64,000 bases of DNA from Rhodopila sp. (GTDB taxonomy: Bacteria > Pseudomonadota > Alphaproteobacteria > Acetobacterales > Acetobacteraceae), in the NCBI GenBank assembly GCA_965277035.1, contig CBDIBO010000003.1, positions 5,071,786 to 5,135,785 of the forward strand. Direction: 5' to 3'. Both the position numbers and the translations under genes were made by a program. Numbering within the stretch: position 1 is the first letter of the stretch; each line of letters starts with the position of its first letter. Shown one piece after another: positions 20,006 through 28,962 of the stretch. The notes beneath the pieces were generated by a model that was given only the letters and a program-made list of their open reading frames with translations, was not told the DNA's origin and searched no databases.

Positions 20006-20563
20006 TCAGGCTGCCTGACGTACGTTCGCCGTGCTGAACAGCTTCAGCATTTCCCGGCAGAAGTCTGGCAGATCGTCGGGGTTGCGCGATGTCACCAGCG
20101 TGCCGTCCACGACAACAGATTTATCTTCCCAGTTGGCGCCGGCGTTCTTGAGGTCGGTTTTCAGCGAAGGCCACGAAGTTACCTGACGACCGCGCACCCC
20201 ATCCGCTTCGATCAGGGTCCACGGTCCGTGGCAGATCGCGGCGATCGGCTTGTTCTTCTCCACGAAGTGCTTCACGAAGGCGACCGCTTGCGGGTTGGTC
20301 CGCAGTGTGTCGGGATTGGCCACACCGCCCGGCAGCACCAGCCCGTCGAAATGATCGGCTGAAACGCTGGCAAGTTCGTGATCCACGGCCACCATCTCGC
20401 CCTTCTCGCTGTGGTTCATACCCTGGATCTGGCCGCCATGCGGCGCGATCACCACAACCTTCGCGGAAGCCGCCTTCAACGCCTTCACAGGTTCGGTCAA
20501 TTCAACCTGCTCAAACCCATCGGTGGCTAAGACAGCAATCACACGTTCGGCGATATCCGCCAT
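20006..20563 (-). CDS. PfpI/DJ-1 family (type 1 glutamine amidotransferase-like) protease/glyoxalase
   Basis: GFEQVE, LVLPGGVANPD, AAICHGPW, TSRNPDDL. Confidence 0.93.
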   Translation of the reverse strand: MADIAERVIAVLATDGFEQVELTEPVKALKAASAKVVVIAPHGGQIQGMNHSEKGEMVAVDHELASVSADHFDGLVLPGGVANPDTLRTNPQAVAFVKHFVEKNKPIAAICHGPWTLIEADGVRGRQVTSWPSLKTDLKNAGANWEDKSVVVDGTLVTSRNPDDLPDFCREMLKLFSTANVRQAA

Positions 20564-20592
20564 AGCAAATTCTCCTTGCTAGTCGACCAAGC

Positions 20593-20617
20593 AACGGCGG
20601 TCACGACAGCCGGTTGC
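20593..20617 (-). promoter_or_regulatory. Candidate EcfG-type promoter of the pfpI-like gene
   Basis: Minus strand GCAAC-N16-CGTT, 30 nt upstream of the ATG, with an AGGAGA RBS in between. Resembles the GGAAC-N16/17-CGTT general stress response consensus. Confidence 0.55.
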
Positions 20618-20632
20618 GTGACAATGCCGCCA

Positions 20633-21466
20633 TCACGATGCCCGTTTGCGAACCCGCTTCTTCGGTGTCGCGGCTTTCCGCGGACCCAGGCTCGCCTTCA
20701 ACGCCGCCATCAGGTCGACCACATTATTCCTGTCAGGTTCCTCGTGCTCCTCCGGCGTGATCCCTTCGCCTTTTAGCTTCGCTTCTATGACTTCGCGCAG
20801 CTTCGATTCATAGCGATCCTGCATATCCTCTGGCTTGAACTTCCCGTTCTGGCGTTCGATCAACTGCGCTGCCAGAGCGACCATTTCCGGATCGGGTTTC
20901 GCCTCACCAACCGGCTCGAACAACGGTTTGGCATCCCATAGATCGTTCGGCTCATGCAGCGTATGACAGACCAATCCCTTGCCGAACGGCACAATCGCTA
21001 CGGCACGCTCACGCCTGGCGATCACGACCCGCGACAAGGCGGCCATGCGCGATTTGCGGATGGCGTCACGCAGCACGACGAAAACGTCCACGCCGTGCTC
21101 ACCATCGGGTGCCAAGTAGTATGACGTGTCGAAGAAAATCGGATCGATCGAGTTGGCGTCGACAAATTTGGATATCGTAACGACTCTGGAGCTTTCAATC
21201 CGAGCCTGCTCGAAATCTTCGTCGTCCAGCAGGATGTAGTGGTCCTTCTCGAACTCGAACCCCTTCACCAGCTCTTGGCGCGAAACCTCCCTCTCGGTCT
21301 CCGCATCTTGCGAAATCATCCGGATGCGGTGCCCGGTCTTCGGGTTGATGAGGTGAAAATGCAGACCACCGCTGCCACGGACCACGCTGTGCAGGGCGAT
21401 CGGACAGGACACCAGCGCCAAGCGGAGGTGACCGCGCCATACAGGCCTTGAAGTTGTCATGACCAT
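20633..21466 (-). CDS. ku: Non-homologous end joining protein Ku
   Basis: RPVWRGHLRLALVSCPI, LVKGFEF, IDPIFFDTSYYLAP, NVVDLMAALKASL. Start is 21466 or 21460. Confidence 0.95.
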   Translation of the reverse strand: MVMTTSRPVWRGHLRLALVSCPIALHSVVRGSGGLHFHLINPKTGHRIRMISQDAETEREVSRQELVKGFEFEKDHYILLDDEDFEQARIESSRVVTISKFVDANSIDPIFFDTSYYLAPDGEHGVDVFVVLRDAIRKSRMAALSRVVIARRERAVAIVPFGKGLVCHTLHEPNDLWDAKPLFEPVGEAKPDPEMVALAAQLIERQNGKFKPEDMQDRYESKLREVIEAKLKGEGITPEEHEEPDRNNVVDLMAALKASLGPRKAATPKKRVRKRAS

Positions 21467-21613
21467 GATAACGTAGGTTCGACCACCGCGGTTTTTGGCT
21501 GCGTCCCAGCACTTTCTAAAGTCCCAACCGTCGCCATACTGTGACAATAAAATGTTTGGTTGGACGCGACCGGCCCTTCACTGCACGCGTTGAGAGTTTT
21601 CCGGAGGATAAGT

Positions 21614-22816
21614 ATGGATAACGTCGGACTGTATCAGAACTCGACACTTGCGGATGAGTTGTTCGAGCATTTCCAGAGGGTCCGAAACGAGACCGAGGCG
21701 TCGACAGCTGAACTTAGCGACGAAGATCAGTGCGTCCAATCGATGCCGGACGCGAGTCCGGCGAAATGGCATCGTGCGCACACGACCTGGTTCTTCGAGC
21801 AGTTCGTGCTGCAGCCGCACGTGCCGGGGTACCGCGTTTTCGACCCGGCGTTCGGCTTTCTGTTCAACTCGTATTACGAGGCTGTCGGTCCCCGCCATCC
21901 GCGTCCGTCGCGCGGCCTGGTCACTCGCCCGTCTGCAAGCCAAGTCAAGCAATACCGGCGCCATGTCGATGCGGCGATGCAGCGTGCGATGCCGCGGCTA
22001 CCCTCAGATGTTCGCGCGGTCATCGAGTTGGGTCTGCATCACGAACAGCAGCACCTCGAACTGCTGATTACCGACATGCTGCATGCCTTCGCGGCTAATC
22101 CGCTGGCGCCGGCCATGCTTCCCAAGTGGCGCGAACCAGTGGGTACATCCGGCGAAACGACTTTCATCCCGCGTCCCGCCGGCCTGCGCGTCATCGGTCA
22201 CGACAGGGATGATTTTTGCTTCGATAATGAAACGCCTGTGCATCAGATCTACCTTTCGCCCCACGCGCTGGCTTCGCGGCTGGTGCGAAACAGCGAATGG
22301 CTGGAGTTCATTCGCGACGACGGCTACAGCACCGCCTCCCTCTGGATGTCTGACGGATGGGCGGTGGTGCGCGAAGCAGGTTGGACCGCGCCGCTGCACT
22401 GGCGCAAGCAGGATGGCGGGTGGTCGCAGTTTGGACCCGGTGGGTTGGTGCCGCTGGCGCCGGATGCGCCGGTGCGGCACATCAGCTGGTATGAGGCCGA
22501 CGCATTTGCGCGTTGGCGCCAGGCCCGCCTGCCGACCGAAGTCGAGTGGGAGGCCGCGCATGCCGATCCGGCGATCCACGAGACCACTGGTCACGTCTGG
22601 CAATGGACCGAAAGCAGCTATCGCCCCTACCCGGGGTATCAGCCAGCCCCGGGTGCGATCGGCGAATACAACGGCAAGTTCATGATTAACCAGATGGTCC
22701 TGCGCGGGGGGTCGCTTGCAACGCCGGCGGGCCATACGCGCCCGACCTACCGGAACTTCTTTCACCCCGACAAGCGATGGCAGTTCACCGGCCTTCGTCT
22801 GGCAAAAGACCTGTAA
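21614..22816 (+). CDS. egtB: Ergothioneine biosynthesis sulfoxide synthase
   Basis: DinB-like SPAKWHRAHTTWFFE, FNSYY, HEQQH iron motif, FGE-sulfatase domain, YRNFF...RWQFTG. Confidence 0.92.
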   Translation: MDNVGLYQNSTLADELFEHFQRVRNETEASTAELSDEDQCVQSMPDASPAKWHRAHTTWFFEQFVLQPHVPGYRVFDPAFGFLFNSYYEAVGPRHPRPSRGLVTRPSASQVKQYRRHVDAAMQRAMPRLPSDVRAVIELGLHHEQQHLELLITDMLHAFAANPLAPAMLPKWREPVGTSGETTFIPRPAGLRVIGHDRDDFCFDNETPVHQIYLSPHALASRLVRNSEWLEFIRDDGYSTASLWMSDGWAVVREAGWTAPLHWRKQDGGWSQFGPGGLVPLAPDAPVRHISWYEADAFARWRQARLPTEVEWEAAHADPAIHETTGHVWQWTESSYRPYPGYQPAPGAIGEYNGKFMINQMVLRGGSLATPAGHTRPTYRNFFHPDKRWQFTGLRLAKDL

Positions 22817-22827
22817 CGGAGGCTAAC

Positions 22828-23781
22828 GTGCCAAACGATATCGGATTTGTCCCGCGTGACCCGCACGCGGACGTCGTCGAGGCCGCCTTGGCGGGATTGA
22901 CCGCATCACCGAAAACCCTGCCCGCGATGCTGTTCTACGACGATGAGGGGTGCCGCCTGTTTTACGAGATTACACGGCAGCCGGAATACTATCTTACAAG
23001 AACAGAGATCGCCTTGCTGAAATCGACTATCACCGATTTACTGCCAGACGGATTTCGCGATGCGACATTGGTCGAGTTCGGCGGCAGTGATGAGACCAAG
23101 GCGCGCATTCTGCTGGATCGTCCCGACACACCCTTCACCACCTACGTATCGGTCGATGTCGCCACCGGCTCTTTGGCCGCCATGAAGCTGCGCCTGTCCG
23201 AGGCGCATCCCCAGCTTGCGGTGGTGCCCATTGCTGCCGACTTCATGCAGCCGCTCCATCTGCCGCCGACCGGATCGCGGCGGATGGGCTTTTTCCCGGG
23301 CTCCACGATCGGTAATCTTGATCCCGCAGCGGCGACACGGTTTCTGGCCTCCGCCCGGGTCACCCTTGGTCCCAAATCCTGGTTTCTACTCGGCGCCGAC
23401 CTGCGAAAAAGCCCAACGATATTGTTGCCTGCTTACAACGATAAGGCGGGGCGAACGGCGGCGTTCAACCTCAATATGCTCCGGCGCCTCAATCGAGAGG
23501 CCAAGGCCGACTTTGACCTGAGCGCATTCCGGCATGAAGCCATCTGGAACGAGACTGAAAGCCGCATCGAGATGCATTTGTTTTCAACGCGCGATCAAGT
23601 CGTCCATATCGATAAACAAACGGTTAGGTTTCGGGAAGCCGAGTCGATCCACACCGAGAATAGCTATAAGCATACGCAAGACCGTCTGATCAGGATCGCG
23701 GGCGGCGCTGGATGGGAGGTCCAGCAGCTATGGAAGGACCGTTCCGGGTTCTTTGGCGTGTTCCTGTTGTGCGCCGGCTGA
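22828..23781 (+). CDS. egtD: L-histidine N-alpha-trimethyltransferase
   Basis: PKTLP..FYDDEG..LF..IT..PEYY, FFPGSTIGN, AYND..G.TAAFNLN, IHTENSYK; adjacent to egtB. Confidence 0.93.
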   Translation: MPNDIGFVPRDPHADVVEAALAGLTASPKTLPAMLFYDDEGCRLFYEITRQPEYYLTRTEIALLKSTITDLLPDGFRDATLVEFGGSDETKARILLDRPDTPFTTYVSVDVATGSLAAMKLRLSEAHPQLAVVPIAADFMQPLHLPPTGSRRMGFFPGSTIGNLDPAAATRFLASARVTLGPKSWFLLGADLRKSPTILLPAYNDKAGRTAAFNLNMLRRLNREAKADFDLSAFRHEAIWNETESRIEMHLFSTRDQVVHIDKQTVRFREAESIHTENSYKHTQDRLIRIAGGAGWEVQQLWKDRSGFFGVFLLCAG

Positions 23782-23788
23782 TGCTGCT

Positions 23789-24280
23789 TTACGCCGCCAT
23801 CTTGTTGACATCACCCATGAGGAACGCGCGTAGCTGCAGCCGCGCACGATGCACGCGACTTTTCAGTGTGCCGATAGCACAGCCAGTCTGTTCCGCCGCG
23901 TCCTCATAGGATTTCTCCTGCAGCACAATCATGAACAAGGCCTCCCGCTGATCGGGTGGCAGCCGCTCCAGTGCCCACCCCAATTCACGCAGTGCGGTGC
24001 GATCCTCGTGCGCGGCTGCGACAGGCACCTCCGGCATATTCTCCGTATCGGTGAATTCGCGCTTGCTGCGCACGCTGCTGATGAAGTGGTTGATCATGAT
24101 CCGGTGGACCCAGGCAGAAAAGTTGGTCCCCGGAATGAAGCAATCCTGCGCAACCAGCGCCTTGGTCGCGACGTCCTGCGTCAGGTCGTCGGCCGCCGCG
24201 CGGTTACGCGTCAACGCCAGAGCCCACACGCGCATCTTCGGCATGAACGAAATGAGTTGATCGTGAAATTCCTGCGGCAT
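23789..24280 (-). CDS. ECF sigma factor, EcfG/sigmaT-like
   Basis: ADDLTQD, PGTNFSAW, SYEDAAEQTGCAIGTLKSRVHRAR. AGGAGG RBS upstream of ATG 24280. Confidence 0.85.
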   Translation of the reverse strand: MPQEFHDQLISFMPKMRVWALALTRNRAAADDLTQDVATKALVAQDCFIPGTNFSAWVHRIMINHFISSVRSKREFTDTENMPEVPVAAAHEDRTALRELGWALERLPPDQREALFMIVLQEKSYEDAAEQTGCAIGTLKSRVHRARLQLRAFLMGDVNKMAA

Positions 24281-24359
24281 GGGCGTGGCCTCCTGATCAT
24301 TCGACCGTAGCACGCTGTTACCTGAGGCGGAGGGCAGACATGCGCAAGGCGCTTGACAT

Positions 24360-24384
24360 GACGGTGATTGAGCGGTTTCGTTGC
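24360..24384 (-). promoter_or_regulatory. Candidate autoregulatory ECF promoter of the sigma gene
   Basis: Minus strand GCAAC-N16-CGTC, with the same -35 and spacing as the motif before pfpI. Confidence 0.45.
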
Positions 24385-24506
24385 AGGTTACGTAAATCCT
24401 GATCGCCGTGATTGCGTGATGTCACGGCCTGATGAACACGATCACTTTTCTTGTATCTGCGCCGAGCGCATCGCATCTGTAAGCCGGCGTGTTTGTGATC
24501 CGGGGG

Positions 24507-25712
24507 ATGGACGTGCGTTTTGCCGTATCAGCCATGGCAGCGGTGTCTGGCCTGCTCTTGATGGGACTCGCCTTCTATGGACAGCCCGCTGTGTACTTCC
24601 ATCAGGCGCGCGAAGAATGGGATGCACTGCTTAAGACCGCCCCATCCGAACCGCCGGCTGACCTGGAAAACGATGCTGCTTCTGACAGCACAGCCCGTCT
24701 GCGGCAACAAGTGGAACGGCTCGAGGATGAGCTTGCGGCCAAGCGGGAAGCGGCTGAAAGGTCGGCGCCGACGGCGGTGGCGCAAGCCGAACCGCCGGCC
24801 GTTGGGCAACCCGCGCCGCCCGTTGCCCCTGCGGTTCAACCTGCCCTCCCCACTCAGTCCATTGCTCCTGTGGCCGGATCCGGTGCGCCGCCCACACCGG
24901 CTCAACCGATGCCCCCGCCGGTCCAAACCGCGGCGCGACAGCCAGGGATCGCTCCGCGTCCACCTTCCGAACCCGCACCTTCCGAACCCGCACCCTCCGA
25001 ACCCGCAACATCCACACCCGCACCAGCCGGGGAGAAGCCGCCATCTCGAGCGCTCGTCGCGGCTGCCACGTTGCCGCCGGCTGTCACGGTCCCAGCCCGT
25101 CATGAAGCCGCCGCGCCTGAAGCGGCACGCCGACGGTCGCGTGCGCTGCGCATCGCCGAACCGCCGCCACCCGCATCCGAGACCGACGCGGAGCTTCCCG
25201 AACCGCCCAAGGCGGTACCGCAGAAGCTGGCATCGGTGACGCCGTCTCCCGCGCCGCCGCCCTTGCCGCCGCGGCAGGATGCCGATGACGCTCGCTCGGT
25301 TCTTGCTCGGTTACGGCAGTCGGCCCCGGCGCCAGCCGAACAGGCGGACGCGTCGCCACCGGCTGAAGCCCACCCGCGCCCGGCCAGGTCCCCCTCGCTG
25401 CCCAAGCTGACAGCGGCCCGCGCTGCTCTGGGCAGCGGAAGGGTCGATGCAGCCCGCCGCCTGTTGCAGGAGGCGCAGTTGCAGTTGGTGTTCCGCCCGG
25501 TCGGTGGCCCGGACGATGATCTTCCGTCGGCGGGCAGGGGCGCGGCAGATGTTGCCCATGCGCTAGAGGCGCTCAGTGCCAACGACGTTCCGCTCAGTCG
25601 CCGATACATTGAGGGGGCGATAGATGATCTGTCGGGCAACGGCGTACCGCCCCCTGTGCAGGAATCGCAGTTCCGGGCGACCGGCTATGCGCCCGCTTAC
25701 CCGCCGCGGTAA
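24507..25712 (+). CDS. Hypothetical membrane-anchored Pro/Ala-rich protein with coiled coil and helical C-terminal domain
   Basis: N-terminal hydrophobic segment, short coiled coil (RLRQQVERLEDELAAK), long Pro-rich linker, helical C-terminus. Confidence 0.65.
   Translation: MDVRFAVSAMAAVSGLLLMGLAFYGQPAVYFHQAREEWDALLKTAPSEPPADLENDAASDSTARLRQQVERLEDELAAKREAAERSAPTAVAQAEPPAVGQPAPPVAPAVQPALPTQSIAPVAGSGAPPTPAQPMPPPVQTAARQPGIAPRPPSEPAPSEPAPSEPATSTPAPAGEKPPSRALVAAATLPPAVTVPARHEAAAPEAARRRSRALRIAEPPPPASETDAELPEPPKAVPQKLASVTPSPAPPPLPPRQDADDARSVLARLRQSAPAPAEQADASPPAEAHPRPARSPSLPKLTAARAALGSGRVDAARRLLQEAQLQLVFRPVGGPDDDLPSAGRGAADVAHALEALSANDVPLSRRYIEGAIDDLSGNGVPPPVQESQFRATGYAPAYPPR
24963..25007 (+). repeat. 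3 x 15-bp coding tandem repeat (PSEPA)
   Basis: ccttccgaacccgca x2 followed by ccctccgaacccgca. Confidence 0.9.
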
Positions 25713-25780
25713 CACGCAACACTTGACGCCGCTGTTACGTAAACCGACGCGCCGGCAACCGCGAAATCGGCGGCATCCTG

Positions 25781-25797
25781 CTGGCATGTAACTTGCT
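25781..25797 (+). promoter_or_regulatory. sigma54 (-24/-12) promoter upstream of the wza-like gene
   Basis: CTGGCATGTAACTTGCT fits TGGCAYR-N4-TTGCW exactly; intergenic, 130 nt before ATG 25928. Confidence 0.7.
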
Positions 25798-25927
25798 GGC
25801 AAGGTAGCGTGATCATTTCACCAGGGCCATGCTCGGAGTGGGTGTTGGCCTTTCTTAACTTGCGTTCAGAACACCGTCTTCCGGGCGTCCATTCGTCGCT
25901 CCATATTCCGATAAGGGTTCAAAAACC

Positions 25928-26749
25928 ATGCGTAAAGAAGCCCTCCCTCTGGTCGTTCGACCTCCTGCGACCGAACGCTCTGTTCGTCGAGCGATCGGCC
26001 CCGTCGGGTTTGTTCTGGCAGGCGGAGTCGCATTGGCGGCATGTTCCCCGGTGCCGGACCTGCCGCCGGCACCGATGGAACCCGCGGTTTCGACCTACAG
26101 TGCCAAGCTGCCGCCCTATCGCATCCAGGTTGGCGACACGCTCGACATCCGCCTGCTGCTCAATCCCGAACTGAACGAGGAAGTGACGGTTCGCCCGGAC
26201 GGTCACATATCCACTACCGCGGTGCCGGACGCGGTTGCCTATGGCCGCACGCCGGCTCAACTCGCGGATACCTTGCGCGGCGTCTATGCCCACGACCTGC
26301 AGAACCCGCGCGTCTCGGTGGAGGTCAAATCCTTCGCGCCAACCCGCGTCTACGTCGGCGGCGAGGTCAACACGCCGGGCGAATTCATCACCGTCGGACC
26401 GACCTTGACGTTGTCGCAGGCGATCGCGCGAGCCGGCGGCACCAAGCTCAGCAGCGACGACACGTCGGTGTTCATCATTCGCCGCGGGCCCGGCGACAAG
26501 CCCGAATTCCTGTCGACCAAATGGAAGGCGCTGCGCCAGGGCCGCGATCCCAATGCCGACGTCCGGCTCGCCCCGTATGACGTGGTTTACGTGCCCAAGA
26601 TGGGCATCGCCGAGGTGTATCAGTTCTACAACCAGTATATCGGCCAGTTCGCCAATCCCAGCTTTGGGTTCTCCTACCTTCTCAACCCGACCGCGACAGC
26701 GGGTAGCGGCGCGGTCATCGCCGCCCCGGCCACCACCACCACGCGCTGA
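25928..26749 (+). CDS. Polysaccharide biosynthesis/export lipoprotein (Wza/OPX family)
   Basis: Lipobox LAAC, YRIQVGDTL, VTVRPDGHIS, VYVGGEVNTPG (SLBB), LAPYDVVYVP. Confidence 0.88.
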   Translation: MRKEALPLVVRPPATERSVRRAIGPVGFVLAGGVALAACSPVPDLPPAPMEPAVSTYSAKLPPYRIQVGDTLDIRLLLNPELNEEVTVRPDGHISTTAVPDAVAYGRTPAQLADTLRGVYAHDLQNPRVSVEVKSFAPTRVYVGGEVNTPGEFITVGPTLTLSQAIARAGGTKLSSDDTSVFIIRRGPGDKPEFLSTKWKALRQGRDPNADVRLAPYDVVYVPKMGIAEVYQFYNQYIGQFANPSFGFSYLLNPTATAGSGAVIAAPATTTTR

Positions 26750-26855
26750 TCAGAGGCGGCGCCGGTTCATCCGGCGCCGATTTCCAATCCGGTTGCCAAT
26801 GGCGGCGTTGTTTTCGACGGTTGTTGATGGGGGGATCCGGAGCCGTGTCGAGGGG

Positions 26856-27377
26856 ATGGATCGGCGCTTTTGCGAAGCTGGCGTACCACCGCTGCGAAAC
26901 CGGCCTATTCAGGCGAGCTCTGTGAGGGTCGCACCAATATGGGTCGCACCAACATGGGATGCGGCAGCCGATGAGAGCGCGCTGTCACGAACGCAGACAG
27001 GGAGCCTTGCCGGCATGATCCTCGCGGTCGAGTCCGATCTTCATTCCGGTGCTGGCCGGGTCGAGGCATTGCGGATGCTGCGTATGGGAGCGTTCACCGG
27101 ACTTGACACCAACGACCAGCAGACGCTGGCGACCTGGCTGGATCGCGCCATCGGTATCGACACGGTCCTGGATCTGGCCGTGCGACCCTGGAACATAGCC
27201 GGCGCCAGCGTCATTTTCGGCGTCTTTGAGGTCGACCGGGAGAAGGCCTCCTGGCTGGTGGTGCGCCATGGTTCCGGATGGACCCTGGCCCGCTGCGCCG
27301 ATGGCTTCGTGTCGGATGTATCGGCATCGTTGCCCGACATCCTGAGCCTGATCGACAGGGACCGCGGCTACACCTGA
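26856..27377 (+). CDS. Hypothetical protein
   Basis: Same strand as wza; C-terminal half looks globular; no family recognised. Start uncertain (26799, 26856 or 27016). Confidence 0.45.
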   Translation: MDRRFCEAGVPPLRNRPIQASSVRVAPIWVAPTWDAAADESALSRTQTGSLAGMILAVESDLHSGAGRVEALRMLRMGAFTGLDTNDQQTLATWLDRAIGIDTVLDLAVRPWNIAGASVIFGVFEVDREKASWLVVRHGSGWTLARCADGFVSDVSASLPDILSLIDRDRGYT

Positions 27378-27403
27378 GGCAGATCACGCCACCGTAGCGA
27401 CGC

Positions 27404-27440
27404 TCACCGACCCGCGACCGGCGAAGCTGACGGGTCGTGA
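27404..27440. terminator. Stem-loop between convergent genes (possible terminator or REP-like hairpin)
   Basis: cgacccg (27408-27414) pairs with cgggtcg (27431-27437); the loop contains GCGAAGC; no clear U-tract. Confidence 0.35.
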
Positions 27441-27489
27441 AGGATCAGGTTTGACTACTCGGGTCAGCTGGAGCTTGCGCTAAACCAGC

Positions 27490-28680
27490 CTATCCATGGA
27501 CATGCTGCGGCCGGCGCGCGATGGGTGCCTCGGCGAGACCACGCTTCAAGACGATGCCGTGGCGACGTAGCATGCGATACAGCGTGACCCGCGACACCCT
27601 CAGCGCATCGGCGGTCGAGGTAATGTTCTCGTCCATTCGCTCCAGCATCGCCAGCAGCGTCGTCCGCTCCTCGGGCGATCCGGGCTTGGGCGCCGACGCC
27701 AGCCGTGGCGGCGCCTGCGGGTCGTCCAGCCCGATCAGCGCGACAGTATCGATCAGCTTGCCGTCCCCGACCACAACCGCGCGCCGCACCACCGACATCA
27801 ATTCCCGCACGTTGCCCGGCCACCGGTGGCGGTGCAACGCGGTCATTGCCGCAGCCGAGAAGCCATCCACCGAACGTTTAAAGTCGCGTTTTGCCACCTG
27901 CAAAAAATAATACGCCAGCGGCGCGATATCCTCCGGCCGCTCCCGCAACGGGGGCACCGGCAGGGTCAGCACGTTCAGGCGGTAAAACAAATCCTCGCGG
28001 AACCGGCCGTCGGCGATCGCCTGTCCCAGCCGCACGTTGGTGGCCGAGACAATGCGGACGTTGAGGCCAATTGTCTCGCGGCCACCGAGCCGCCTGATCT
28101 GGCCCTCTTGCAAAAAACGCAGCAAATGCCCCTGCAGGTCGATGGGCATGTCGCCGATCTCATCCAGGAACAGCGTGCCGCCATTGGCATATTCGATCTG
28201 GCCGATGCCGCGTGACAAGGCGCCGGTGAACGCACCTTTCTCGTAGCCGAACAGCTCTGATGCTACCAGCCCGGGCGGAATCGCCGCACAGTTGACAGCG
28301 ACGAACGGACCATGCGCACGCCGTGAACCATCATGGATGTTGCGCGCCAGCAATTCCTTCCCGGTGCCGCTCTCGCCCGTTATCAGCACCGGCTCATCGG
28401 TCTGCTCGAATCGGCGCACCAGCGCCGCGACGCGCTGCATCGCCGCACTTCCGCCGACAATCGCCGGCCGCTGCCGGTGTGACGCCTCTTTTCGCGGATC
28501 AACGGTTTCATACAGCCGGCCGAGCAGTGTCGGGTCTTCCGCCGCCCGCTCCAGCAGCAGACGGGCCAGCCGTTGGGCCGGCACACGGGCCAGATCGTCA
28601 AAACTGACCTGCGTAACCGCGGTCGCGTCGACGCAAGGCGGCATGCGCGTGTCCCGTAAATGCGGCCGGCTTTCAGACAT
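27490..28680 (-). CDS. sigma54-dependent enhancer-binding protein (AAA+ plus Fis-type HTH) without a receiver domain
   Basis: GESGTGKE, intact GAFTGA, LFLDEI, REDLFYRLNV, WPGNVREL, C-terminal HTH. Only a short N-terminal region precedes the AAA+ domain. Confidence 0.92.
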   Translation of the reverse strand: MSESRPHLRDTRMPPCVDATAVTQVSFDDLARVPAQRLARLLLERAAEDPTLLGRLYETVDPRKEASHRQRPAIVGGSAAMQRVAALVRRFEQTDEPVLITGESGTGKELLARNIHDGSRRAHGPFVAVNCAAIPPGLVASELFGYEKGAFTGALSRGIGQIEYANGGTLFLDEIGDMPIDLQGHLLRFLQEGQIRRLGGRETIGLNVRIVSATNVRLGQAIADGRFREDLFYRLNVLTLPVPPLRERPEDIAPLAYYFLQVAKRDFKRSVDGFSAAAMTALHRHRWPGNVRELMSVVRRAVVVGDGKLIDTVALIGLDDPQAPPRLASAPKPGSPEERTTLLAMLERMDENITSTADALRVSRVTLYRMLRRHGIVLKRGLAEAPIARRPQHVHG

Positions 28681-28962
28681 TCCGGATCGTTTCCATCTCA
28701 CAAGGCTAGCGACGCCTGTTTCGTGGCGTCACCTGTTATCGCAGACCTCTCACACGCGGTATCACGACCGCGTGGCGCAGCATCATCAGAAGGGGAGCGT
28801 GACAATATCGCCACCAAGGCTGCCCCCCGCAGGCTGGCCATGCTCAAGGATACCGAAAGAGGTACAAAGAGGCCAGAAAAACCGATGAAAATGTGATATC
28901 ATATCGAGAACGAGACCGATTGTCCTGGCGCGAACTCTGGGCGAGTGTGTAAAGCTCGTCTC

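Noticed and set aside
21470-21495. ECF promoter for ku (AAAAC-N17-CGTT)
   Set aside because: The -35 is poor and the -10 abuts the start codon; too weak to call.
21614-22816. EgtB homologue as selenoneine synthase SenA
   Set aside because: No senB glycosyltransferase or selenophosphate synthetase is adjacent; the partner gene is egtD.
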